Source of the DNA: Gracilinanus agilis
Taxonomy: Eukaryota
Reading direction: 5' to 3'
DNA length: 64,000 nt
Assembly: GCF_016433145.1 (NCBI RefSeq)
Contig: NC_058132.1
Location: 92,026,251-92,090,250 of the forward strand
The position numbers were made by a program, and so were the translations under genes. This document shows positions 39,012 through 51,196 of the stretch, one piece after another (the first letter of the stretch is position 1; each line of letters starts with the position of its first letter). The notes beneath the pieces are model-generated. The model ran no database searches, had not been told where the DNA came from, and worked only from the letters and a program-made list of their open reading frames with translations.

Positions 39012-39039
39012 AACTACAAATCCCAGGATTCTTTGCGGC
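39012..39039 (+). promoter_or_regulatory. ZNF143/THAP11-type motif, copy 2
   Basis: AACTACAAATCCCAGGATTCTTTGCGGC, 27/28 identical to copy 1. Confidence 0.75.
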
Positions 39040-39049
39040 CAAGTCAACC

Positions 39050-39216
39050 ACCCTTCCCGCCAGCCACGGCAAGGGGCGGGGAGCGCTGTAAGTCCCGGCA
39101 TGCCCCGGGGCAGGGCGTACAAAGGTTGGGAGGCTGTGATGATGGTGGTTACCATGGCGCTGGGCTAAGTGTGCCCCGGTGTACTGGAAGGCAAAAGGCT
39201 GACAGAGACGGAGCTG
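39050..39216 (+). other. LRRC51: Probable non-coding first exon of LRRC51 (5' end approximate)
   Basis: Donor CTG|GTGAGT at 39216/39217 at the edge of the CpG island, upstream of acceptor ctatctcctcAG at 42852. Confidence 0.55.
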
Positions 39217-42200
39217 GTGAGTCTGGGCAGCAGCTGGGGAGCCTGCTGGGCTAGGATTGAAGGTACTTGGGTGGTTACAGGTGTCATGTCAAATATAGGT
39301 AAACCCATTATAAGGACCTAAGATGGCCCCAAAGTAGGGAGAACTATAGGAACCTGAGATAGTCCTTGGGGGAAAAGTAACTCGGCTGGACCCCAGTTAA
39401 GAGAGCCCGAGATGAGATTCAGGCAAGAATGGGCGGGGAACCCCGTTCATTCTTCATTCAGCTAGCATGAAGTGCCTACTATATTCCAGGCACTGTGCTA
39501 AACAATTTGTTCTAGCATTCAAGGAGAATATTGCGAGGAAACTACTGCAATACAGATAAGTAAATGCAAATTGGTGATAGGGTATGGTAAATCAGGAGGT
39601 AATAGTAAGTGAGGAGTAATCAAGATTAGCCTAGTGAACAGGCACTTGAAAATTTAATTTTGAAGTAGGGATTCTAAAAAAAGAAGTAAAAGTGAAAAAA
39701 ATGTATATACCAGGCATTGTGGGGGGGGGAGGGTAGTGACAGTTTGAGTAAAGGCACAAAAAGGCCTGTTTAGCTGGGAAGTTAAGGTGCCTGAAGGGGA
39801 GTATTAAGTCCGAAAACGTAGGCTGGAGCCAGTTCGAACTGCTTTAAATATCACAAAAGTTTATATTTTATCTTTGGGAATATGTTTGGTAATTCTATGG
39901 AGGCTAGGGGAAGACCAGAGACCGGGGGCAAAGAGACCAATTAGGGACTTTTAAGCTACTTGCCAGGCATGGCAGAAGGTAGATACTCCTCCCCACTATG
40001 GTAACCTAAGCATTTCAAATTCCTATGGGTAGACTTTGGTCCCATATCATTGGGACAGGAAAGAAGAATGGGTGCATTCAATATGGAGGCCCTGACATAA
40101 GCAATCCAGCCAGCCCAGATAAAGGCTATCTCTGTTAACTCTCTTTTCAGCTTGGACAGTAATGAACCACCTAAGTATATTAACTAACAATTTTGGAACT
40201 AGGGTAAGCAGTTTCCTACCCCCCCACCCTTTTTCATTTGCTCTATGAAAGCTCCATTCAATCATTAATAGTCTTTCTTTTATCCTCTTTCCTTTAATAT
40301 TTTATCTTGATGTGCCTATGGAAACATGGATGGATTTTTGGACCTGAATCCTGAAATGCCCCTCTTTGATCATAACTGTTCTGTTCAAATTTCCCTGTAC
40401 CACTCCCTTTTGTCCCCTCTCAGCAGACAACTGCCACCTTAGCAAGAAAAAGCAAGGTTATCTCTCTCCTTTCCTATGACATATCTCAAAATTCTTCCCC
40501 ATCATCCTCCATTGTTTGTTCTTACTTCCCTATCTAGAATACACTTCTTTAGGGAAATCGGTTTTAGTTGAGTAATGTGTTTGGAGGCCCATCTATGGGA
40601 ATATTCCTTCTCCTTTAAGGTCAGTGCCAGTTCCTTGAAGACCCCAAATGAGTATTCAATCTCAGATTTTCCTATGGAACTAGATCTTCTATTTGCCCTA
40701 TCCCATTCTTGAATTCTTGACCTTATTTGCATATGCATCTGAACCTCCCCAACTTTATTGGATTTTAAGGTCTCTAAAAATAAGTGTTGTATATCTTTTT
40801 TTTTTTAAACTCTTATCTCCTGTCTTGGAATTATTAAGTACCCAAGTTTCAAGGCAAGAACAGTAAAGGTTAGGCAATTGTGTCTAGAATCCAGATTTGA
40901 ACCCAGACCTCTGGTCTCTCTATGAACCATATAGCTGCCCTAGTTTGTATAACATCTAAAAAATGTGTATCTTCAGTTGCCCTGATCTGATGAAGATGTA
41001 GTTATCCTTTTCAAGGCCAACCTCTCTGTTCTTAACCCCATCTACTCCCGTTTTCTCTTCCATTCTCTGGCACAATAGCAATTTCTTTTTACCCACTGGC
41101 TCTTTCACTGTTGCCTACAAATATCTTCCAGCCTCCCCATTCTTAAAAATCTTTCATTTGCTCCATGTATTACATGTAGCCTCCCAGGTAGAAGGTGACT
41201 TCTCTCTTGAGAGTTGTTGCCTTTATTTCCCCACCTATTAATTTCTCAGGACACTGGAATCCATCCAGTAATTCCAGTGTTGATCTAAAACTGCTTTTCC
41301 TCAGTGACCCTATCTTATAATCTTATAGCCACTAAATCCAATGCCCTTTTCTCTCATACATTTGAACTTTCTAGAACTTTTAACTCCCATCACTTGCTCC
41401 TAGATAAACTCTCCTTTAATTTGTTTGCATGACATGCTCCCTTCTGATTCTCCTTTCTAATAGCTCTCTCTGGTTCATTCAGTAAATTTAAGCAACTACA
41501 ACTATCCTATCAGAAGAAACGTGGACATTTTTGGTGGGAGAGGCACCAGCCACTAGAGGAATTAGGAAAGGCCTAATGAAGAAAGTGGCATATGAGGTGA
41601 GATTTAAAGGAAGCTAGGGATTCTAAGAGATGGAGGTGAGCTTGAGCAAAATCAGAGGTCAAAGGAACAGAGCTGGACATGACCATGAAAGCTATCTGTT
41701 CCAGCTCCCTCAATTTAATAGATAAGGATCATATGCATAGCACAGTCAATATATGTCGGAGGCAGGTCTCAAACCCAGGGGAATAATGTACAATACACCT
41801 CTAAAAGGAGGATGAAGCCAGGGCTTTGTATATCATATAGGCATTTCTATGTTATCTTAGAAGCCACAATAGAGAAAGGCAACTGGACAGAGAGCAAGCC
41901 TTGTCAAAGCCAAGAAAACCTGGTTTCAAATCCAAGCTCCAACACATACTGGTTGTGTAAACCAGGGAGAATGACTTTGGTGCTAATTTAGGGAGCTCTC
42001 TAAGACCCACAGGTTTCAGATAAAGTACCGATATGCACTGGTAGTGTTTTCCTTAAGAAGTTCCCATATTGGTGACATCTCAGAACTGTTTTGATCACAA
42101 CTGTACAAACACACTCCCTCTTTAACAGTTCTCCATGTCTTAGAATTCTTAGATGCCTTCAACCTTAGCCTAGGCACCACCTTAGTAAAACTCCTTGCTG

Positions 42201-42915
42201 CCATCACTTTTTGGCTTTCAACCCCCCTCCTTAAAATTCCCCTGTACTCACTTGTTTTCCCAACCTATCCTGCTTCCCTGCCCAGCCCAAAACATTAGCG
42301 TCTATAGGGCTAGCCAGTTTGGCTTTTAAATCCCTAGCTCCTAGCACTTAATGTTTGTTGAGCTTTCATTAACTGCTTTTCCCACTCTTGCTCTAGCCCC
42401 AACCAGACTACTTGCTGTTGCTCAGTCTCTTCCTGCTCATTTGAATGGCTTGCATCTACACAGGATGCCCCTCAACCCCCAATGTTTTACCTCTACATGC
42501 CCTTCCCAAGGGCAGCTACTGTGTATTTTCCTTTGGATCCCCATTGCTAACTATAGGACCAAATGTATAGATTCTTCATAAGTATCTGCTAAATTAAATT
42601 TAATCCAACAGGATGATATAGAGCACTAAATTAAGGCTCAGTCTTGCATTAAAATCCAACAATATCATTTGCTTTCTGAGCAAATCCCATCTTCTCAGTG
42701 CTCCACTTCACTTTTTTCTTCCATAAAACTAGGGCTATTTGCCCCTGACCTGCCTATTTGCCAGGGTTGTGTGAGACTGAAATAATAGATGAGAAAGCAT
42801 ATTTCAAGGGGAAAAAATAGTCTCCAAATACAATCCCTCTCTATCTCCTCAGGCCGAAGAAACTGGGAGCCTAAGGCCCCATGCTTCTCCTACACCCCCA
42901 ACAATGGCCTGAAAT

Positions 42916-43000
42916 ATGACTGACCAATGGGATCATGTGAAGGCTTTGGCACAGGAGCCACCCCTCGACTTCTCCTTCAAAAGTATAAACTTCATCCAAG
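42916..43000 (+). CDS. LRRC51: LRRC51 coding exon 1 (exon starts 42853)
   Basis: MTDQWDHVKALAQEPPLDFSFKSINFIQ + G, donor AAG|GTGAGC; matches LRRC51 QEPPLDYSF; phase 1. Confidence 0.93.
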
Positions 43001-43170
43001 GTGAGCCCAATGGCACATGGCCTTTTCTCCCCTACTATTGTATCTACTATCAATACTACTATTGTCTCCACCACAATGCTGCATTCAGCTTGGACAACAT
43101 TTTCCATCTTTGGAGAAATTATTTCTTTTTCCTTCTCCAAATCTTTACTCCTTTAAAATGTATTTTTAAT

Positions 43171-43500
43171 GGGGGCAGCCAGGTGACTCAGTGATAGAGA
43201 GCCAGGCCTAGAGGTGGGAGGACCTGGGTTCAAACCTAACCTCAAACACTTATAGCTGTGTGACCCTGGGCAAGTCTTCTGCCCTGGAACCAATACACAA
43301 TATTGATTCTAAGATGGAAGTGTAAGGGTTTTAAAAAAAACAAACATAAAATGTATTTAAAGGGGGTGGGGGTGGGGGTGGCAGCTGGATGGCTCAGTGG
43401 ATTGAGAGCCAGGCGGTCCTGGGTTGGAATCTGGCCTCTGACACTTCCCAGCTGTGTGACCCTGGGCAAGTCACTTAACCCCCATTGCCTAGCCCTGTAA
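43171..43500 (+). mobile_element. Two tandem SINE-1-like copies
   Basis: Two heads (ggggcagccaggtgactcagt; ggcagctggatggctcagtggattgagag); second is 3'-truncated. Confidence 0.85.
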
Positions 43501-43522
43501 CAAATAAAATTAATATAGAAGG

Positions 43523-43585
43523 ATATATATATACGTATGTATATATATATACACACACACACACATATATATACATATATATAAA
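43523..43585. repeat. Compound (TA)n/(CA)n microsatellite
   Basis: atatatatatacgtatgtatatatatatacacacacacacacatatatatacatatatata. Confidence 0.9.
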
Positions 43586-46582
43586 TAAAAGAGTTTAAAA
43601 AATAAACACTTAAAAAAAAAGAATGGTCTGGCATTTTTTAAAAAGCCAAGTTTGATAGGAACTAAGAATTTTTAAAGTGGTTCATGGAATTATAATAAAA
43701 ATAATAAAATGGGAGAATGGAAGGGACTTTTAAGATTATCAGCCTAATCTTCCCCAGTGGCCCCATTAGTACATATAGCACAGTGCCTAGCATACTTAAT
43801 AAATGCTTGCTAAATAAACACCTGAATTCTTATCTCCCAGCCCAGACACTGGCATTATGACTCAGCCAGGCTTTTAGAGTCTTCTCTAGACTTCTCTGAG
43901 TCTATTTCCTCATTTGTAAAATGACTCTAACAGCAAATACTTTTCAGAGATGTTGAAGACCTAAAGTGTGTACAAGTGCTTTACTAAATCTTAAAGCATA
44001 TGTAAATGCAAGCTATTGTTTCACATAATATGGAAACTAAAGGCCGAAGAGGGGACAGGATTCATTCAAGGTCACAAAATTAGAGGCTTGTTATTCTTGA
44101 AATCATGGCAAAGTCACCCACTTAGCCTGTTTCCATACCTTAGTTATTCTTCAACCTGTTTTTGCAGGCCAGTAACATCACAGGTAATGTGTAGGTAACT
44201 TCCAGGTGTCCTTACCTTTCTCTACCACTGCAGGTCTTCACCTTTTCTGCAATTTATGGTCTTAAAGAATTTCCTACAACATTGAGAAGTTCATTGACTT
44301 GCCTAGGGTCACACAGGCAAGTATGTGTCAGAGGCAGGTTTTGAACCCAAGTCTTCCTGGTTTCAAGGCTGGCTCTATTTATTAAAGCACATTGCCTGTC
44401 AGACCTTAAAGGATTATATAAATGTGAGAATTTATTACTAATTGGCAGTGTTAGGACTTGACCCCAATATCCTTCAAACAGCAAATTAGCTTTCATACCA
44501 GTCTCCTGTTTTCAAAGAGCAAAGAGCTGGGCTGGAGGGAGTTAGGACGAATTAACAACTTCCGATCTTAAAGAGACTATCACAGGAACACGACAAAGCA
44601 AAGCCACTGAGTCAGATAGGCTAAGTCAGATGCTACTATTCTCTCTTCTGCTTTTGCTGGGAGTTGAATACACAGAGAAATTAAATTGGAAGGGCAAACT
44701 AGGCTCTTCGTCCCATAGTAAAGCTAGACTGAACCAGTTAACAGGATGAGCAGGTAATAAGTGTTTTTGGTAGCTGTGAGAGGACCCTGGGGTCTCAGCT
44801 GCTTATTTCTTGTCCGTCACTGAAACTCTTGGTGCCTGATTTTTCTTCTATAAAATGAAATAAATGAGATGATCTTTAACATACTTTCCAGCTCTAAATT
44901 TATGAGTGTATGGTCAGATTAAAAGCAGGAAGCCAAATGAGAGGCCACAAATATCCAACATGCTTCAGGACAGTCTGAAGCCAATATTTGGATAGTAAGT
45001 TTCTCATCTGGCTAACCACCTTGTGACTTCCCTAAATGGTAGAGAGATTGTCTCTGACAGAAATTCTGAGTACCATTGACAGACATATATAAGGATGTCA
45101 GTGGAACAAAGGGATATTTATTTTCTTGGTGGATAGGAAAACATATGAACACACACCTCAACCTGGAATTTTTCTAAGGAGTTAGGGTTTGATATGTAGG
45201 GTCTTAAACTCAACTATCTGCCTCAAGGAGAACCTGGTCTGAAAGAGAAGTATCTGTTCCCCTCTCCTGCCTGCTTGAGTACACAGTTCTGCCAGTGGCT
45301 GGCACTGTGATTTTTAGGTAAATTCTTCTTTTTGTGCCTTGGCTTCCTGCTCTATAAAAGCAGCCATTCTGCTGACATTCTTTCAGTCGGTGGTTTTGTG
45401 GAAACTGCTCCTTTTGTTTTCAGCATTTCTTCTTTTTTAAAAATCCTTACCTTCCATCTTAGATTCTAAGGCAGGAGAGCAGTAAGGGCTAGGCAATGTG
45501 GGGAGTTAAGTGACTTGCTCAGGGTCACATAGCTAGGAAGTGTCTGGGGTCAGATTTGAACCTAGAGACCTCCTATCTCTACACCTGGCTCTCAATCCAC
45601 TGAGCTGCCCCGTTAGCATTTCTTCTAGGGAGACCAGCCTTTGCCCTCATTTGTCTCTGCCTCCTTCCACCTCAAAAACCTGGCATCCATCCTGCCCCCA
45701 TGTCTACTGTGTAATTATTGTTCACCACAGAGCCCCCCTAACTAGTACTGGGGAGTTGGCATCTTAGAACAGAGAACAAAGAAAAGAGAATAATTGTGTG
45801 TGGGAGCAGGGAGTAAGGAACAAAGAAAGAAAGGTTTTGGTAGAATTAGATAATTTGAGCTTTGAAGATACAAGAGACAGCAACATTCAGGAAACCTGGG
45901 CTCTTGTTCCTGGCTCTTCCACTAATTGTATGACTAAATAAGTCTCTTTTTCCTCTGTAAAATAAAGGAGTTGGACTAGATAATCTTTAAAATAAGCCAT
46001 TACCTGAAAATATGATTTGCTATAACAGGCTATAAATTCATAGCATTCAAAAGTGGAACATATAAAGTTTAAACTACTTAGGATGTTTATGAGTTTAGCT
46101 GAAATCTGCTTCCTATAATTCAGGATTGTGGGTTTTTTTAGCTCAAAGAAATCTCTGGGTAATCTAGTCCAAATATTTTAAAGATGAAGAAACTGAGGCA
46201 CAAAGGAGGTAAAGTGATCTTGTCCAAAGTCAAGGAATTAGCTTAAAGCAGAGCTGGGATTCAGATGGGTCCAATTACAAATCCAGTACCTTTTCCACTA
46301 TATTCCCCACAAAGGGTCCAGTTCTACCTTCTAAACTTTCATGCATCCAATTCCTCTTTCCCACAGAAAAGGAATACCTATCCTTCAGCCCAGGCTTCCT
46401 GGGATAAATTTCCCCACTTTTTTTAATTGACCTTCATGCAGTCACATTTCAGTTCCTTCACTTTGCCATGCTGTTCTGGCTTCTTCCTAGTCCTGGTTGG
46501 CCTCAGCCTGAGATAGGAAGAAGAGAAGACCCTTGTCTGAGTACTGCCGCTAACTTCCCTCCCCCTGATTTGTCCCCTGCAG

Positions 46583-46788
46583 ACCTGATAAGTGAGGAGC
46601 CCAGGCCTGGGCTCCGGCCATTAAAGCGCTCTAAGCAGGGTAAGTCACTGACCCAGGCCCTTCGCCTTAACAACAACGTGCTCAATGACCTCAGCGACTT
46701 CACTCAAACCATATCGCAGCTGTTGGAGTATCCCCAGAACCTGGCTTGGATTGATCTGTCCTTCAACGACCTGCCCAACATTGATCCC
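46583..46788 (+). CDS. LRRC51: LRRC51 coding exon 2
   Basis: cctgcAG|AC..CCC|GTAGGT; DLISEEPRPGLRPLKRSKQGKSLTQALRLNNNVLNDL..NLAWIDLSFNDLPNIDP; 206 nt restores phase 0. Confidence 0.97.
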
Positions 46789-47351
46789 GTAGGTGCCCAT
46801 GTCCCTAAGAGAGGGAAAAGGGAGAGCCAGGCGAGACATGGGCGGCAGGCAGGCAGATGGGGGGCTATCCTAGGAGGAAGCATCAATGATGTACAATGCA
46901 CAAGGTATTTATAAAACATATGCTATATTTCCAGCACTGTGGGAAGGGGCAGTGGTATCAGTCATCAGAACCAAAAAAGGCAGCAGGGTGGAGTGGAAAA
47001 ACATGGAACATTATATCAGAAGACCAAGCCCTCTGCCTCCTAAGTGCTTGACTGGGCTTGATGTGATGAACCCGTTTTCTCCCTTAAAATGGGGGTAATA
47101 TTCTTTGTTCTACCTCCTTTTACAAGGTTGCTGTAAGAAAGAGCAAACACTAAAATAGCAAAAAATGCTTAGAATAGATAGCAGACATCTTCTGCCTCTC
47201 ATCTTTTTTTCACCAGACCCATACTGCCTCCTAGTCTCCAGAAGACTCTAGGTAGAAGGGATACTCTCAAGACTAGAATCCCCAAGTCTCCTGCCAGCTC
47301 CATAAGGCAGCCACTGAACCCTACTCAACCTCAATGTTCCTCACCCACCAG

Positions 47352-47500
47352 GTGCTGACTACCTTCTTGAACCTCAGTGTCATTTATCTCCATGGCAACT
47401 GCATGCATCGCCTGGCAGAAGTGGATAAATTGTCAAATCTTCCTAAGCTTCGGAGCTTGACCCTCCATGGGAACCCCATAGAGGAGGAGAAGGGGTACAG
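47352..47500 (+). CDS. LRRC51: LRRC51 coding exon 3
   Basis: ccAG|GTG..AG|GTAATG; VLTTFLNLSVIYLHGNCMHRLAEVDKLSNLPKLRSLTLHGNPIEEEKGY(R); LRR motifs. Confidence 0.97.
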
Positions 47501-48057
47501 GTAATGCCCCTACCCTGAGAACCCCTAAGGAAAGGGAACAGAAGGCTCAGAAGCCTCGCCCTCCAAGTACAAGGCTGATCCTTGCCCTGTTCTCCAAAGG
47601 AGGCAATCTGTGACCAAATCAAAAGGTCCCCCTTCCCTGGAGGAAGGGAGTGGAGTGGAATGGAAAAAGAGGCCCATGGGAAACTCCTTCAAGGCCTAGA
47701 CTATAAAGTCATCCTGACATTCCTAAGTCATAACAGAATGGCAAGACTCAAAGGGTATGGAACACATGGAATTGGAGTTACTTTCATGATTTAGTGCCCA
47801 TGCCCCACCCCCACCCCATTGGCTGCAAATGCTGATTCCTTTCATACGTTTGAGGAAGAATGGCAGTGCTTCCCCCCTACTTTTGCCCTATGTTCCAGAG
47901 TCACTCTACTGCTAGAAGAGCTATTAAAGGGAGGAAAGCATTAATAACCCTTTGGGGCGCATAGTTAAATAGCCCAGGAGGATCCCTATCCAACCCTCAG
48001 CATGGCTCCTTATTCTACCCACTCTGGGGAGCCTGAAATCCCATATCCTTCCTGCAG

Positions 48058-48199
48058 GCAATATGTGCTATCCATCCTACCCCGAATCACTACCTTCGAC
48101 TTCAGTGGTGTCACCAAACAAGACCGGATCACAGCCACTATCTGGAGACGGATGAATATCAAGCCCAAGAGGGTCCGAATCAAACTGGATAATTTATAA
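48058..48199 (+). CDS. LRRC51: LRRC51 coding exon 4 (stop TAA)
   Basis: cctgcAG|G; QYVLSILPRITTFDFSGVTKQDRITATIWRRMNIKPKRVRIKLDNL*; total CDS 582 nt = 193 aa. Confidence 0.97.
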
Positions 48200-48271
48200 C
48201 TCCTTCTATCCATGCTAAGACCCCAAAGCCCACAGGACTCTGTGGTATTCTCTCTCAACCTTTAGTTTAGT

Positions 48272-48277
48272 AATAAA
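48272..48277 (+). terminator. LRRC51: LRRC51 polyadenylation signal
   Basis: First AATAAA, 73 nt after the stop codon. Confidence 0.65.
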
Positions 48278-49179
48278 AAAATGAACTGTTGTAGGGGGCT
48301 TGAGTCCCTCAACTGTGTAATGAGGTGCCTTTGAGGTAGGCCAAATAGACAGCATCTAGTCTAGCATGAAACCAAACAACCTCAATTGAGTGGGCAAAAC
48401 ATCCCACTCTGCCATCTTAAGACATGAAACTTGCTTGACAGATACACAGAAACTCTAAGAGGGCATCATCTGATCCTACAGGACCCCCTCCTGATAGTTT
48501 TACCTGTGAAGTCATATAAAAACTCTCTTGAAAGATAACCCTTCTCAAAGGCCCAAGAATGTCAACACCTCAACTGGACCTCATTCTGCCCCTTCAAGTT
48601 CCTCCTGCAATGTCCTTGAAAAGGTATCTAGTTAAACTTTCAAGTCATAAGACAAGTGGGAGGTTTACAGGGTAAGGGTAAGGACAGATGGGCTAGAGCC
48701 AGGATGGTTAGATGTCCTTTATAGAGGTAGCAAACCAAAACAAAATGAAAGGATCAAACATATAAAAACTGGGTGTGAGAAATAGAAACAACCAATTTAG
48801 TTCTTAGTCCCTTAAAATCAGTTCAGGCCCCAACATAAAAGGATGATGTCAAGGAAGCCAAATTTCTTCCTATCCACTACCCCCAATCATGAAATAGTCA
48901 GTTCATATCCAAATCCCTATCTTCCCACTCCCCTCATTCCCCACTCCCTCTCACCCTCCCAGTGGCAAAATTATCATAGATCCTCTCCCTTCCCCACAAA
49001 ATATTTAGCCAGGGCCATATGGCACAAAGGCTTCTTGGGAACTCATGCATCAACATGAGGCCCCAAACACCTCTGGACTTCTGTGGTGGTTTCTCCATGA
49101 TTAGTAGTAAGTTAGGTTTCTGTACAAGCAGGAAATAAAAGGGAGGCAGGAACAAGGGAAAGATCTCCAGAAATTGTCC

Positions 49180-49272
49180 TCACGGGACCCCAAACTGCAC
49201 GACCAACTCTTCTTTTGCGTCGACCCGGATCTGAGAAAGTGCACTATAGGCATAAGCAGATATTCTGGCAAC
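49180..49272 (-). CDS. LAMTOR1: LAMTOR1 exon 5 (stop TGA)
   Basis: ctcAG|GTT; [30 protein letters not shown]. Confidence 0.97.
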   Translation of the reverse strand, partial: VARISAYAYSALSQIRVDAKEELVVQFGVP

Positions 49273-49723
49273 CTGAGGTCACAAGAAAGGCAGTTACAAA
49301 AATATAGACAAATATTGAGGGTAGACTAGGGAATAAATTAAAGAGTAGGGCAGGGGATGTTCCCAAAAAGGAAAATAAAATGGGAGGGGAGAGGGTCAGG
49401 GTATAGTGTAGCCAGGGTTCATGAGATCTGATATCCTTTCAGCCACGTCTTCCCTTCATTGCTGATACTACCTCTTTCTCTTTTCTCTCCTGCCCCCTCC
49501 CAAAAAAAAGGCTGCCAAGGAAGAGAACTCGGGGAAGAAGGATTTTGCCCCTACCATAATTATACCTAAACTGCCAACCATGTGCCCAGAGAAATGGGAA
49601 CAGCCTGGATAAGCTAAAACAGAAGCCAGAGAGGGAGACGGGAAATCACCTTGAGTGGAATTAATGGGAAGGCAAAAACAGCTAGCCTAAGTAAGGGAAG
49701 AAAAAAGTGAGTCATGGCCTCAC

Positions 49724-49850
49724 CTGCTGCAAATCTGCATAGGGGACAAGATCACTGGCAAGCACTTGGTGGGGTTGGCTGGTGAGTGATGGCAGTGGTG
49801 GCAGCTTCTTCCAGTAAGTCAAGCTACTGCTCAGGACAGCCAGGCGAGTA
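49724..49850 (-). CDS. LAMTOR1: LAMTOR1 exon 4
   Basis: aatAG|T..CAG|GTGAGG; (S)[42 protein letters not shown]. Confidence 0.97.
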
Positions 49851-50188
49851 CTATTGGGCAGGAGCATAAGAGAAAAATATAGGTTCTCTGTACTCATTAT
49901 TTTCCATAATCGGGGAATGGGATAAATCTAGTTCCTGCGTGTGGAGTTTAGAAGATCAGTGTTCCATTCTCAGCTCACTCCATATGACCTCATGAAAATC
50001 TTTAACATCTCTCAGCCTGTTTCCATAGTCAAATGTGAATCAAACATGTCTCATTTCTCAGGGTGACAGGAGGAACAAATGGGTAATTCATTTTCAAAGA
50101 CTTAGGGGTCTGGTTGAGATGTAGTCTGTAGTAGCTAAGGAACCAGAGAACCAGGAGCTATCATTACCTTGTCCCTTGTTCCCCTCAC

Positions 50189-50266
50189 CTATATTGTCTT
50201 GCTCGGTCCATGTATTCATGCTGCTCCATGCCCTGAGAATCTGCTGCCGATACATCAATGATGTTG
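50189..50266 (-). CDS. LAMTOR1: LAMTOR1 exon 3
   Basis: ctcccAG|C..AG|GTGAGG; (S)[25 protein letters not shown]. Confidence 0.97.
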
Positions 50267-51050
50267 CTGGGAGAAAGATAACCAAGACTTAAGCAAGGCT
50301 GGACAAAAATGGATGAAAAGATCCTGGTATCACTATGTGGAATCTTAACAATTCATTCTAGGTGCATCTGTCAAGGCAGGGTGGCAAAAGACTGAAAAGA
50401 CCTACATTACACACCATATTTCTCTAGACTGGCTGAGAGATGGGGACAGGGGCCTAATTTCTTCTCCCTGACCCTGTGCTGCCACCCCCCTCCCAACTCT
50501 ACCCGGGGGGGGATTCCTTAAATTCTAGAGCAAAAATTCTTGTGACCAATGAGAGCTTGGATGTGAGAAAAAAAAATTACATCTTTCACTAACCTCTAAT
50601 TGAAATTTGACATTTTAATTATAAATATATTCTAAAAATTATTCTGACATGTCTATAGACCTTACCATACTACCAAAGCAGTCCATGACACCAAAAAAAG
50701 GTTTTGAAGCCCTACTCTAAAGCCTTTATCCAGGGCAGAGTTGAAGCCTTCCTCCAGAATCACTATATTGAACACCCAAGTGGTCAAGGATCTATTATCC
50801 CAATCATTCCCAGTTAACAAGCATTTACTAAGTAGTTGGCCCTGAAGGAGATGTTTGGATAAAACCTAGGAGCATTATAAGAATAAGAACATGTAGGACA
50901 ATTATGCTACATAATATATAAAGGTGTTTTAGGGAGGAGGAAAGTTATTCTGTAAGATCCAAAAGTAGAGAAGTTCCTTTTTCAATGAATTAGGGAAGAT
51001 TTACTTTGAGGACAGGTTAAAGGGGCTGGAGCAGACACAGCTCCTCTGAC

Positions 51051-51196
51051 CTGGCTGTCTTGGCAAGGATAGAGGACAGCAGGGCCTGCTCATCTGTTCC
51101 AACTGCAGGCAGACTGTGGTAGTTGGGTTCTGCTCCATTTAGGGTCTTGGTTGGGGGACTGCTGGGGTCCAGAAGTAGCTTTCGTTCCTCTCGATC
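51051..51196 (-). CDS. LAMTOR1: LAMTOR1 exon 2
   Basis: ttttAG|GAT..AG|GTCAGA; [48 protein letters not shown], with the dileucine lysosomal signal. Confidence 0.97.

Larger units (their letters stand above)
38250..39260. promoter_or_regulatory. CpG-rich bidirectional promoter (NUMA1 - / LRRC51 +)
   Basis: Abrupt CpG enrichment in CpG-poor DNA; NRF1-like GCGCACGCGC 38485-38494, ATTGG about 38655, CRE-like TGATGTCA about 38670, two ZNF143-type motifs; outward-facing splice donors at 38479 (-) and 39216 (+). Confidence 0.8.

Noticed and set aside
46468-46914. 148-aa ORF as a single-exon gene
   Set aside because: Only 46583-46788 is exonic (LRRC51); the flanks are intron read-through
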